64,000 nucleotides of DNA from contig CAIIXF020000001.1 of the NCBI GenBank assembly GCA_903813345.2, positions 41,912,001 to 41,976,000 on the forward strand, given 5' to 3'. Under the pieces are notes generated by a model, which had not been told where the DNA came from, did no database searches, and worked only from the letters and a program-made list of their open reading frames with translations. Of the stretch, positions 50,450-63,100 are shown in pieces (within the stretch, counting starts at the first letter, position 1; each line of letters opens with the position of its first letter). Source of the DNA: Owenia fusiformis. Lineage: Eukaryota. The position numbers were made by a program, and so were the translations under genes.

Positions 50450-53220
50450 ATATCTTGTTGATGGCATAATTAAGGTTACTAGAACATTCCTTGCATGTGT
50501 TGTCCTAACTTGATGTAACCAGAAGTTATGAATTTGCCATGTATGTGACAAGCACGTTACAGTCTCTTTATTTTGGCAAAGTCGTTGTTAAGGTTGGTAC
50601 TACATTCCTGGCTCGTGATATCTAAGTCGAACGTAACTTGTATACTCATTTATGCGTGTCCACACTTTCCTTTGCCTACAACGTTCTATAGTTAATGTTA
50701 CCAGAACTTTAACTTGGCCACGTATATGTGACGTTGCATTAGCACGTTACAGTCTGTTATTTTATTTTTGCAGTCATTGTTAAGGTTGCTACTACATTCC
50801 TAGCACATGATATTTAAGTAAAATGTAACGTTGTGTAAACATCTGTGCGAGTCCAGACCTTCCTGTGCCTACATCGGTCCAAGACAAACGTTACCAGAAC
50901 TTTAAACTGGCCAGGTATATGTTACGTTGCATAAGCACATTACAGTTTCACTATTTTTGCGAAGTCATTGTTAAGGTTGGTTCTACATTCCTGGCACGTA
51001 ATATTTAAGTCAAATGTAACGTTCTTTAAACATCTGTGCGAGTCCACACCTTCCTGTACCTACAACGTTCCATAATTAACGTACCAGAACTTAAAACTGG
51101 CCACGTATATGTGACGTTGCATAAGCACATTACAGTCTCGTTATTTTTGCGAAGTTATCGTTTAGGTTGGTTCTACGTTCCTGGCACGTGATATTTAAGT
51201 CAAATGTAACGTTCTTTGAACATCTGTGCGAGTCCACAACTTCCTGTACCTACAACGTTCCATAATTAACGTATCAGAAATTTAGATTGGCCACGTATTT
51301 ATGACGTAATGTAAGTACGTTACATTTTCGTTATTTTGGCGAAGTCATCGTCTAGGTTGGTTCCACGTTCCTGGCACGTGATATTTAAGTCAAATGTAAC
51401 GTTCTTTAAACATCTGTGCGAGTCCACACCTTCCTGTACCTACAACGTTCCATATCAACGTTACCAGAAATTTAGATTGGCCACGTATATATGACGTAAT
51501 GTGAGTACGTTACATTTTCGTTATTTTGGTGACGTAATTGTTAAGGTCGCTACTACGTTCCTGACACGTGATATTTAAGTCAAATGTAACGTTCTTTAAA
51601 CATCTATGCGAGTCCACACCTTCCTGTACCTACAACGTTCCATATCAACGTTACCAGAAATTTAGATTGGCCACGTATATATGACGTAATGTAAGTACGT
51701 TACAGTTTCGTTATTTTGGCGACGTAATTGTTAAGGTCGCTACTACGTTCCTGACACGTGATATTTAAGTCAAATGTAACGTTCTTTAAACATCTGTGCG
51801 AGTCCACACCTTCCTGTACCTACAACGTTCCATATCAACGTTACCAGAAATTTAGATTGGCCACGTATTTATGACGTAATGTTAGTACGTTACATTTTCG
51901 TTATTTTGGCGAAGTCATCGTTTAGGTTGGTTCTACGTTCCTGGCACGTGATATTTAAGTCAAATGTAACGTTCTTTAAACATCTGTGCGAGTCCACAAC
52001 TTCCTGTACCTACAACGTTCCATATCAACGTTACCAGAAATTTAGATTGGCCACGTATTTATGACGTAATGTAAGTACGTTACATTTTCGTTATTTTGGT
52101 GACGTAATTGTTAAGGTCGCTACTACGTTCCTGACACGTGATATTTAAGTCAAATGTAACGTTCTTTAAACATCTATGCGAGTCCACACCTTCCTGTACC
52201 TACAACGTTCCATATCAACGTTACCAGAAATTTAGATTGGCCACGTATATATGACGTAATGTAAGTACGTTACAGTTTCGTTATTTTGGCAACGTTATTG
52301 TTAAGGTCGCTACTACGTTCCTGACACGTGATATGTAAGTCAAATGTAACGTTCTTTAAACATCTGTGCGAGTCCACACCTTCCTGTACCTACAACGTTC
52401 CATATCAACGTTACCAGAAATTTAGATTGGCCACGTATTTATGACGTAATGTAAGTACGTTACATTATCGTTATTTTGGTGACGTAATTGTTAAGGTCGC
52501 TACTACGTTCCTGACACGTGATATTTAAGTCAAATGTAACGTTCTTTAAACATCTATGCGAGTCCACACCTTCCTGTACCTACAACGTTCCATATCAACG
52601 TTACCAGAAATTTAGATTGGCCACGTATATATGACGTAATGTAAGTACGTTACAGTTTCGTTATTTTGGCAACGTTATTGTTAAGGTCGCTACTACGTTC
52701 CTGACACGTGATATGTAAGTCAAATGTAACGTTCTTTAAACATCTGTGCGAGTCCACACCTTCCTGTACCTACAACGTTCCATATCAACGTTACCAGAAA
52801 TTTAGATTGGCCACGTATTTATGACGTAATGTAAGTACGTTACATTTTCGTTATTTTGGTGACGTAATTGTTAAGGTCGCTACTACGTTCCTGACACGTG
52901 ATATTTAAGTCAAATGTAACGTTCTTTAAACATCTATGCGAGTCCACACCTTCCTGTACCTACAACGTTCCATATCAACGTTACCAGAAATTTAGATTGG
53001 CCTCGTATATATGACGTAATGTAAGTACGTTACAGTTTCGTTATTTTGGCGACGTAATTGTTAAGGTCGCTACTACGTTCCTGACACGTGATATTTAAGT
53101 CAAATGTAACGTTCTTTAAACATCTGTGCGAGTCCACACCTTCCTGTACCTACAACGTTCCATATTTAACGTTGCTACAACTTGAGACATATATTCTGAC
53201 GACGTTATCACAACGTAAAA
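50450..53220. repeat. Right subterminal tandem array of the CACTA element: 190-bp monomer, ~14 copies, decaying inward
   Basis: The anchor GTTCTTT.AACATCT occurs at 51021, 51211, 51401, 51591, 51781, 51971, 52161, 52351, 52541, 52731, 52921 and 53111. Confidence 0.93.
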
Positions 53221-53301
53221 TTGTTAGCTGGGATAATAGATAAAGCTGGTATTGTATACGGATTGAATGCTAATTTTGTTGAATTGATTTAATCTATTTA
53301 G

Positions 53302-53767
53302 GTGGTTGGCGAGAATGGGACGCACCATCCGGGTACTTCCACAATGTCAGTGTGACCTCTATGGAGAGGTTCCTACCGGAGCCGTACATCCTTGAACCAG
53401 GTGTGAGGTGGAGGGATTCCCCAGGGGCGGCGGGCAGATGGTACTACTGGAAGCTACCCACGGATAGGGTGACCATTTGGAGCAGATTGTTCATGTGGAT
53501 AGCCTACTTTGGACACCAATTGACAATTTGGTGCGTCACTTACGCAGCACAGATGGCAAAGGCTTCACGACCAAAAGGAGAGCCAAAGTATACTGTAAAG
53601 ATGGATCGGTTCAACTGGATTTCCCTTGGCCTAAACGTTGTGTTTCATATTGTTCATTTCGTCAATACGCACACTACTTACGATGGTATAGCCCAAGATA
53701 CAGTAACTGCAAGTTCCCAGGGGTCGGTGATAATGGCCATCGGACTAATATTATTTATGGAATACAA
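53302..53767 (+). CDS. Internal coding exon (466 bp) of an uncharacterised multi-pass membrane protein with conserved-looking His residues
   Basis: Boundaries are TATTTAG|GT GGT TGG...GAA TAC AA|GTGCGT with an open frame: GWREWDAPSGYFHNVSVTSMERFLPEPYILEPGVRWRDSPGAAGRWYYWKLP...WIAYFGHQLTIW...NVVFHIVHFVNTHTTYDGIAQD...SSQGSVIMAIGLILFMEYK. It is more GC-rich than its flanks and has about three hydrophobic segments. The donor site is inferred. Confidence 0.75.
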
Positions 53768-56220
53768 GTGCGTGATACAGGGGTTGCCATTTTAGTAAAG
53801 GGTGTAAATACGTTTCTGTGCTTGATACAGGGTATATTTAATGGAAAAGGTTAAATTATGATGTTGAATTATTGGTGTCTATCATATATTTAAGAACTGC
53901 CATCTATATATGAATATAAAGTTTAAATAACTAACGTGAACAAAAGATTAATGAGATTCTGATTGTTTTGTTCTGAGAATGCTGCTGCCATCTTTGAATA
54001 AACTCTAAATTATCAATGATATAATTATAATCTATTGTGATAACGAACACCTCCCAATCTTAATGTTTTTAACTGCACGGTGGCATTTGGATTAGACAGG
54101 TTTTACTGTATGAGTAATAGTAATACTGAAATTAAAAAAAATCTGAAGGCCTAGTCAATCTATTTTGGGAAATATTCTCAGCTATTTGAAATGAAGATCA
54201 ACTTTGTAAGAAGTCTCTATAATTATTTTTTTAATTTATACAATAACATTATACTCAACTTTAGTTCAAATTCCAATGCTCTGGCCTTGGCTAATCAAAA
54301 CAGTTCAATTGTTTCATCAATTATTATATTATTATATTAATATATCATAATTATTTCACATGCAAATACTGTACTGCCACTAATATTTGATGCTGTTATC
54401 TTTCACAATTTTGCAATTTTGAAATTTTGCGGATATCAATTTTCGCTAATTATAAATTTTTTATAATTTTGTATCTATTTCTTTCACCATCATATCATTT
54501 CTCAAAAAAATTTCCAGCTTATTTGATTAAATGTTTTTAAAACCAAGAAATATGAATGAAACAGTACCTTCTTACCTTTAATTATTGCTATACCATGTAC
54601 TTAAAGCCTTTACATGACACCTATCAGCTATCACCTGCTTCAAAAGCATAGGTGAAACTAAACTATTGAAATCAAGTGCTCACTTTAAATTTTTTTATAT
54701 TTTCTGTTTGGGAAAATCTGTTAGTTATCAGCTGCATTTTTGTCAGTCAAGATTTCTCTTCATCAAACCAAATCAAATCCAAGGAATGTTTAGTCAAATA
54801 TCCAGTTGTTCAGGAATCGAACTCAATTCAAAGAATGATTAGTTCCATAGTGTAGACATATACAACTTTGAACAATATTGGTATCAGCCATTATGTTACA
54901 TTAAAAAAAAAACAGAATGTAAAACTGCAAAAGACTTTCATGTAAGCAGGAAATTTCTTGAAAGAATACTAAAGGTTTCGCAACAGAATTTAGACGGTCA
55001 TATGTTGAATTGCAGAAATTTTCTGAAAATGTAAGGTGTGTATGTTAGGCCAATGCATTATCTAAAGGAAAAGTACTCATACAGATGATAAAAAAAATTG
55101 GAGATTGAGACAGGGAAGGTGCAAAGACCCCATCAACATTTTTTTTCAAAAATGTTTTCCTGATTTTCAGTTCCTTCCATTTTTTTATAATGTTTTCACA
55201 TTAATATGTTGCATTTGTAGACAAAGTTAACATACTAAAGAGAAAATATTTTCCTTTTAAGAGTTTATTTGTGTCTCCAAATGCAACATACTGATGCATA
55301 AAACATTTATAAAAATTGAGTAGAAGGGGAAATTTTAAATTCAACGAACATATAGGCCCACTGAGCATTTATTTTGCACAGGGCCTTTATTAGAAAGAAC
55401 TCAAAATAAATGCCATTGGCTTTTATTAAGACTAAGAGGGAAATTGAAAACATTTTTCCAAGGGGACAGGCATTTATTAAGAGGGAAAATAGCTTTCCCA
55501 AGCCAGTGGGTGTTTATTTCGAGGCGTATTATCAATCGAAGAGTTGACACATGGCCTTCATATACTCATGCAATAGTATCTATCATCTCTGATTGCACAC
55601 TTCTGTTTTACCTTTCAAGCATTCGATTTGGATTTTGGAATGTCATAAAGCTATGCGGTCAAAAGTAATCTTAATACTTTTTAGTGAAAATGCATTTATA
55701 TTTTTAAAATGCAGAATATTGCGAATGCAAAATCCTCGAAATCCGATCACCTCCACATCTGAATGTTTTTTTTAACTGGTCATGGTGTTTTAACTGGTCA
55801 TGGTGGCATTTGGATTAGACAGATATTACTGTATAAGTATTAGACAGATATTACTGTATAAGTATAATAGTATTACTGGAATTCCAAAAAATCATAACGC
55901 CTACAATGCTAGTAATATTAAGTGAAAATGCATTAATATTTTTTCAAAATCAAGAATCTTTCGGATGCAAAAACCTCGAAATCAGACGTTTAAATCTGAA
56001 TGTTTTTAATTTGTAGCGGTGGCATTTGGATAAGACAGGTTTTACTGTATAAGTATAATAGACATTAATAGTATTACTGGAATTCCAAAAAATCATAAGG
56101 CCTATAGCAACAATCATGTGAACTTCAGGTCAAAATTCCAATGCTCCCTTGGCCAATCAAATCAGTTCATTGCATTTGTTTCATCAATGCTCTCAATATC
56201 ATAATTATTCCACATGCAAA

Positions 56221-56546
56221 TACTGTACTACCGGTTAATTTGCGAGTTTAAATTTCATGAATTTTGAGAAATACCAATTTTGCGGCCATTAAATTTTGCG
56301 GATATCAAAGGTTTAACTTCCATTATTCTCTGAATCCTCAAAATTAATTTATCTTATCTACAGTAATTACACCTACCCAATATCATATACTTTGGATAAG
56401 ATTTACAATCTCTAGATCTTAGTCAATGGCATGTTGCACCTCAGCCTTTAATTGGCGATATTCGCGACTATTAATTTTCGTGATTTTTACACAATCGCGA
56501 AAAGCACGAAACTAAATTGCACGCGAAAAATATCGGGAGTACAGTA
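56221..56546. mobile_element. TA-CTGTA type MITE with ATTTTCGCG-like subterminal motifs (partial relative at ~54,367-54,450)
   Basis: The ends are TACTGTACT ... AGTACAGTA. The upstream flank (~55,990-56,230) is also duplicated at ~54,060-54,375. Confidence 0.6.
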
Positions 56547-56734
56547 CATTGAAACCATACACTCTTATATTTCATAAGAATTTGCAATCAAGCCTAACAA
56601 ATCTATTGGCAAAATATTAGAAGCCCAGCAAATGTACACATGCTAAAGTGATGAAACTTTAATGAATTTTAATTTTGCCTATACTGAGATGTGTTAAACT
56701 CTATTTGGGTTAGATTTATTCGGCTACACCCTCT

Positions 56735-57520
56735 ACTTACAGCCTTAACATGCCCCCTATCGGCTATCACCCGCTTCAAAATCATAACAGGTTCCTTTAT
56801 ATCTTCCTTTATCTTCTGTTTAAGAAAAGCTGTTAGCTATCAGCTGTATTTTTGTCAATCAAGATTTCTCTTCATCTGTGAATTACCCAGCGAGAAACCA
56901 AAATGGCAATTTTGATGGAAAGACACAAAGTACCAGTCAAAATCTCTGAAGATTTCCGGGCAAACAATGGCAGCTCTCCCAGTTAGGTTTTAGACTGTCT
57001 TCTCATATTTTGTCAATTTTATTCAATTTCAAGTATTGTTTAGAGTTGTGCGTTCAACATATTCGAGAAGTCAATAGCTATAATAAATCTGCAGATTTTG
57101 CTCGCATTTATGTAAGCTTTTCTCTTTTGACGGATACTTTGTGTCTTTCCTTGAAATCATGACAGGTGTAACTGATCTACTGAAATCAACTTCAAGTGCT
57201 TACTACTATCTCCCAATGTGAGCTACATCAGTGCTTTTTGTTGAGAAAATATGTAAGTTATTAGCCGCTTTTTTGCCGATCAGGATTTAAATTCTCTTTA
57301 TCTGTCATGTACCTAGCAAGATTCAGAGATTTTGACTTGTACGTCATGTCTTTCCGTCAAAACTTCCATTTTTGGTTTCTTGGTAAAGAGTAGCTTCTCA
57401 ATGTATAATGAGAATTTGCTGTTCGGCACAGAAGCACCTTTTAATTTTTTTCGATTTTCGCAAGGAGGACACTAACACAATTTTGAAGCGGTTGATAGGG
57501 GGCTCTAAAGGCTGTTCTAA
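56735..57520. mobile_element. Degenerate foldback element (relative at ~54,600-54,770)
   Basis: Inverted matches include AGAAACCAAAATGG..GTCAAAATCTCTGAA (~56,892-56,950) vs TTCAGAGATTTTGAC..CCATTTTTGGTTTCT (~57,323-57,380), and CCGCTTCAAAAT vs ATTTTGAAGCGG. Confidence 0.55.
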
Positions 57521-58399
57521 CATATCAGTCACAGCCTCTGAAAGAGCTAGATCTAAGGCTCTAGCTTTAGGCTAGTCTAAGTCCTATAGATCTAGTAGTC
57601 TAGGCCTAGAGTCATAGCCCAGGCATAGGCCCGTAAAAATGTAAAGAAATAAAGCTTACAGCATGTTCTATTTAAGTGAATTTGACTCATGTTATACATG
57701 TTCCGGGCCTATGCCTAGTATAGTCCCGCAGGACGAAGAAGATAGAATGTAAAAATCAAATTGAAAATCAAAATAATCGAACGAAAAAAAATTGAAAAAG
57801 TTGAAAATTCGATTTCGATTCAATTTGATTTTCTGCCATTATAAATGAAATACTGTACTTACCAACATGTTTCTCGGATATATATGTTGTTCTTACTTTA
57901 TCTTCGCCGAAGATCGATGTTTATTTATATATAACAATCGAATAATCGACATAATTCAAACTCATCACTACGACACAAAAATATACCACTTTCGAAACCA
58001 TGTAAACTGCTAAGATGACGTCATTTATATACGGGATTGCTTTGCAAACTCCACACAACAGACTGTCCCATCTTTTCTCCTGCTTTCTCCCGATACAATT
58101 CATACATTACTCGGAGATTACTGTCAAACGTTCCAAGTTTTACAATTTTAGCATGTTTATTACGATCTAATTCCTGCCAGTATCAATGAATAAATCTATT
58201 GACCAACAGATTGGAAATATGTATTCCAGCGATACCCTCATTTTGACGAAAGAATGGTACAAATATGTCCACTATTTATCGAGATATCGTGTAGAAAAAT
58301 TGAAGAAAGACATCGCTTAAGAAATTTCTATTTCTAGACTGAACTGTTCACGCTCGCAAGTGGCATCTCCAACTCCATATATGGGCAAAAAGGTGGAGT

Positions 58400-58701
58400 T
58401 AACAATAAGCAATGCAGGGATTGACACGATTGACACGAAGAAGTCTCGATGAATCTCGCTTAAACTCCGCCCCTTCTTCGTGAAAAATCACGTGAATTCC
58501 GGCTTTTGCTGGGACATATCCGGGCATCTCGGCTTCGAACCCAATCAGAAGTTTCAATTTTGACTGGCGCCGCATACATTATCTCAAGTCTCACCCAATA
58601 TTTTTATGTATACGTTAAAAACCACTGTATTTATGCCCAGAAAGTACTCATGGTTAAAGATATGACTATCTAAAATCACTTGCCATACTGCACATTGACC
58701 T
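58400..58701 (-). mobile_element. Kolobok-like end facing left (…CACATTGACCT|TTAA) with promoter-like motifs inside
   Basis: The reverse complement reads TTAA|AGGTCAATGTGCAGTATGGCAAGTG, matching 41,024. A GC box (CCGCCC), an E-box (CACGTG) and CCAATCA lie at 58,465-58,550. Confidence 0.55.
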
Positions 58702-59790
58702 TTAAATTTTAAACCACCACAATTATTCATCTCATTTTCAATAACTTGTAAAAAGAAAAAAATCTTCCGAACATACTCGAGACGCTATTTTCTTGTGCAT
58801 TATATATTCTCTTAAATTTGATGAAAAAACAGAGACAGGGGTATAATTTGAAGAATATCATCTAAAGTAATAGTTCTCCTCATCTTAAATGTGCATTAAG
58901 TTTTCAAATATATCATACGACATGAAAAGAAGTGGCCTGTCTGGCTACGGGGTGTTCCGTTTTATCCAGGGTACATCTACCCTGTTTGCTCCATGAATAC
59001 TTGGCCTTGAAAAGCAATATCATTATGTCTTTCTTTGTCATTGTATTTATTTGATAAGGTATAATAGTTTAATACTCATGTGTGGACGTATATTATTATT
59101 ATTTTTTTTTTGGGGGGGGGGGTTGGTGTTGTCCGTTTAGCCCCGGTCTTCTCTCACTAAATGTCTAACTTTATTGACTAATGTCTCAAAGGCCTGCAAA
59201 GTTTAGTTAACGATCTACAGCCTGGATCTACACCCCCTAAAACAAAGATTCAGCTAATTTGGTACTTTAAAGAATAGTTATCAATTGCGTCGCAGAAAGA
59301 GTATCTCTTTGATGTAAAGAAAACACAGTATGAATAATAATCTTATCGGAGCATCCTGTTTTATGATTCTACTTCAGATCCGATTAGAAGATTTATTCTA
59401 GGTGATATAGATGGATCAAGATTATTCAAATAGCATCGGTTTGAGTTAAGCCATGGACTCAGTGCATTGTGGACTGATCAACCTTCCACAAAGGTGTTGT
59501 TTCAAACTTTGGACGAGATGCGTGGGCGCAACAGATCAACAATATCTTCCACCGCTTAAGGTAACTGGGATTTTGGTTTTATAGATGATACCAGTTACCT
59601 TTCCTTAAAGCGGTGGAAGATATCGTTGAACTACGTTTCCTACGCATGGTATATGGACAGATGGTCATACTCCGAAGTTTCTATGTCATATGTCATGCAA
59701 ATCTGATCTAGTTCAAATATCAAAGCATAACGTCAATTATAAAGTCAAAATCAAAAATATCGAAATCGACATTTACCGTCCGCCATCTAA

Positions 59791-60275
59791 CACCCCAGTC
59801 ACATTTGTCGCACGGCGGCCGTAAGTCGACCGCAGATCAATTAAATCAGTGGATTTCTGCGGCGAGCGTAGGAAAACTACGCTCGCCTTGCAGCCTCCGT
59901 ACGGCGTATCCAGTTTTTTACAGGCCGCAGGGTCGCCGTAGAAATTGTAACTCGTAGTCATAATATTTGTTCATTTCTGAGGTCCCCGTAGAACTGGCTC
60001 AACAAGATTGAATCATTATTTGTCAATGTTTCACGGTCACTTTTCATTTGATAGTACATTCTAGCACTATGAATAACATTTATAAATTGTCCTGATGTAA
60101 ATAAAATGAAAAAAAGTATTATTTATCATAGAAATTTAAAATTCACCTTGCGGTTGCCGTGGGAAATGTGACTGCAAAAGTATGAGAGCGCAGAAATTCT
60201 ACGGCGAGCGTAGAAAAGCTACTGGCCGCAGAAATGATAGACCGCACGGCGGCCGTGGGAAATGTGACTGGGGTG
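59791..60275. mobile_element. PIF/Harbinger-like MITE (485 bp)
   Basis: Ends read TAA|CACCCCAGTCACATTT ... AAATGTGACTGGGGTG|TAA, a perfect 16-bp TIR with a TAA TSD. Confidence 0.8.
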
Positions 60276-63100
60276 TAATAGGGTTACGGCTGTTACCTTC
60301 GCTTGATTCTGACCAGTGGTTCCTACTTCGGATAGTATAATGGAATGCAATTATATGAAATATTTTGTTCTGAATAACTGGTTTCTGATTCCTGAGTCAT
60401 TTTTCTATAGGTTTGTAATCTCGCGAATTCTCTTTTTGGGCACATGGGGGGGGATGCCATGCTAAAATTCTTTAAAACTTTGGTTTATTCGTTTGACAAC
60501 CAAACTTTTCATGATAAATCACATGTACAATTGGCAGGGCCATTCCATAGTATGCCACTTGAGTTTCAAACAGATTAAACCAACACTCTTTCATGAATCA
60601 TGAAATTAAGTGACCATTTCAAGTTTTTAACAGCAAGTATATAACAGAAAACTATACAAGGGTGACATCTATTTTATCAGCTTTATTCACCCATATAAAA
60701 CTCTCTTATTGGACACACCTTGCTGTGTGTGAAAATGGGTTTACCTACCGCTTCAAAGATGCAGTGCGGAAGGGGGATACTTTGGTTGATAATGTTAATA
60801 TATGGCTTTAATTATTGATTGGGTTGTTTTCCTATGAGGGGGATCCTCTTTCAAATCAATTGATTAATTTAGTACGTATCCTCAATGCATTTTGTTTTTT
60901 CCACTGGCCATTCCGCTTGCATATTGCCCAATGAGGTGATATACTGTAGCAATCCTTACTGTAATGCCTTGTCCAAATTGTTTATATTCCAGTAAAACAG
61001 CACATAAAAGAGACAAAACATTTATTTACGACACAAAGCGTGAATATAATGCGTCGAGCATTTCAATCTTTATAGCACCCAGAACCCGTGTCTCAGCAAT
61101 AAAAAGAAAGTTATGCATGACGTATAAATGACATTTGAAAATAAAGAACCGCTAAGTACCCTGTCAAAGTAAGACAACGAGCAATAAATATATTCATAAA
61201 GTGTTGAGTTTTGTTCCAACATCATTTAGAAAATTAAAGGAGTCATTGTTGTTATTCAAGGACGTGTCTGTCAGTTTAAATATTGAATGATCATGAATTG
61301 ATGATGTAATAGCTGTTTGCGTCGAAGCAGCATAATAAGCATTACAATAACTTTAAGACACATCAAATAGAAACGTAAGACCGATAAAAGAATGATAACA
61401 TATGAGACAATGTAAAGAAATCCCTCGTCCTAGTTAAGCAGTGTAAATAATACAGCTAGTAATGTTACGGATGTTTTTAATCAATGGAATCAAAACAGCA
61501 GAACAAATGGTAAAATTGTAATATTCTCTCGTGTTTATCAAGATAACGATGGTAAGTGACAGGTTTCTACTCTAATAGTGTGCCTTTTTAAATGAACCGG
61601 GAAATGAATGTGATAAGCAAAGGTGAGAAGATCCTAGGGTGATCTGACTTATGCGTTCATACAGTAGAACATGTGAAGTGGAACACCGCAATTTTCAATG
61701 TATTGATGAACCATTGGAAGTTGAACAATTCAAAGTGGCTCACTATTTTGAGAAAACAAACGTAGTCTAATTACACAGATATTTTCTGTATGATACATGT
61801 GTACAATCTTCCATACGGATCATCATCACCCAGTCTCGGGAGATACTTATCGCCCTTGACAGTTAAAAACGCGTTTTTCAAAGGGGAGCAGTCTCTTAGC
61901 CAATGTGATGATATATCTTATATAAATGAAACTGCATTCAAGCGATATGACAGATCCGATGTAACAGGATTGCTAAATTTCATTTCCCTAGACCTTTGTC
62001 TGAAATTACATCATGGGTCTGATAATAACGCCTGAAATATAACATCTAGCAGACGCTTCTTATGGAAAGCGCGTAATGGACACCATGCATTCATTTAGGC
62101 TAACTGCATTTTGATGAATGCACTTATTTGCTAAAGATGATGAAACGCCGCCAAAGCAATGCATCAAAGTATACGGTATTTTTTATTAGAGGGAGATCTC
62201 AAATAGAGGAGTTTCTAAATGATTTTGAAATCTCGCTAATTCTCGTTTTTTCATGAGATTTTAAGAGATTTGCACATTTTACCTCTAATGACTTGCTTTT
62301 CTTTCTTTTTTAATAGCATATTTGAATTCAGTGATATGTTTCCTACAATAATAGCTTTGACTTACACATTTATGTCATTTAAATCATTCTCCATGACATT
62401 TAAAAAAAACTCCATTGATGTTATGCTACAATTCTTTAAAACCATGGTTTAATCGTATGACAACCAACATTTTCATGTTTAATCACAATATGTTCATTGA
62501 CAGGGTCATTTAATAGTTTGCCATTCAAATTTCAGACAGACTTAACTAACACTCTTTGATAAATCATGAAATCAAGTGACTATTGCAAGCTTTTAGCATA
62601 GGACTCAATGGAAGGTTGGCCCAAGGTGAACAAAGGTGACATCTATTATGTCAGCTTTATTCAGCTTTATTTAGCTATTTAGAAACTATACTATTCTTAC
62701 CAATTTTTACCGCGGTTTGGACTTTTGGCTATTATCACTCAGCCCCCACTCCATCCACGAGACGGGTCAACTTGTTTTTTTATCAAAATGTATTTTATCT
62801 CCATGGCTTTTGCAATAAAGTGGTGAAATGTCTCTTGCAATTTCCTTTTTAATAAATAATACAAAGGTTTCAATGGGTATAATCACTATTACAGAGATTC
62901 TTTTCCTTTATCGCCAACATGATCTCGGTGATTACCTATGGCAGATATGGGAAATCCAGACAAAGAATATATCACTTACTTATTAATGAGTTTTAATTGG
63001 AATGGTATATCATACAGTTCTTAATGCTTCTTGTGACAACACAACTAATTGATGGCATTGAATATAGTCCAGTTATTGTAATTATCCCACCGAACGAAGT

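Larger units (their letters stand above)
41933..53232. mobile_element. 11.3-kb non-autonomous CACTA/EnSpm-like (CMC) DNA transposon
   Basis: Termini are AT|CCCAGCAAACA ... TGTTAGCTGGG|AT (11-bp TIR with 1 mismatch, 2-bp TSD). Both ends carry long subterminal arrays rich in ACGTT/AACGT motifs, as in animal EnSpm elements. No transposase ORF is present. Confidence 0.8.

Noticed and set aside
42764..52064. Short ORFs inside the CACTA element as transposase remnants
   Set aside because: They arise from tandem repeats or palindromes, or show no recognisable DDE/TnpD/THAP motifs.
53477..53854. 125-aa overlapping ORF
   Set aside because: It is a shadow frame of the membrane-protein exon, with a non-ATG start and no motif.
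60400..62700. Repeated segments (~60,490-60,700 vs ~62,455-62,680) as LTRs, or downstream exons of the membrane protein
   Set aside because: They are diverged dispersed-repeat fragments with no TG...CA ends, PBS or internal ORF. The two candidate acceptors I tested (59,377 and 60,410) hit stops in the required phase.
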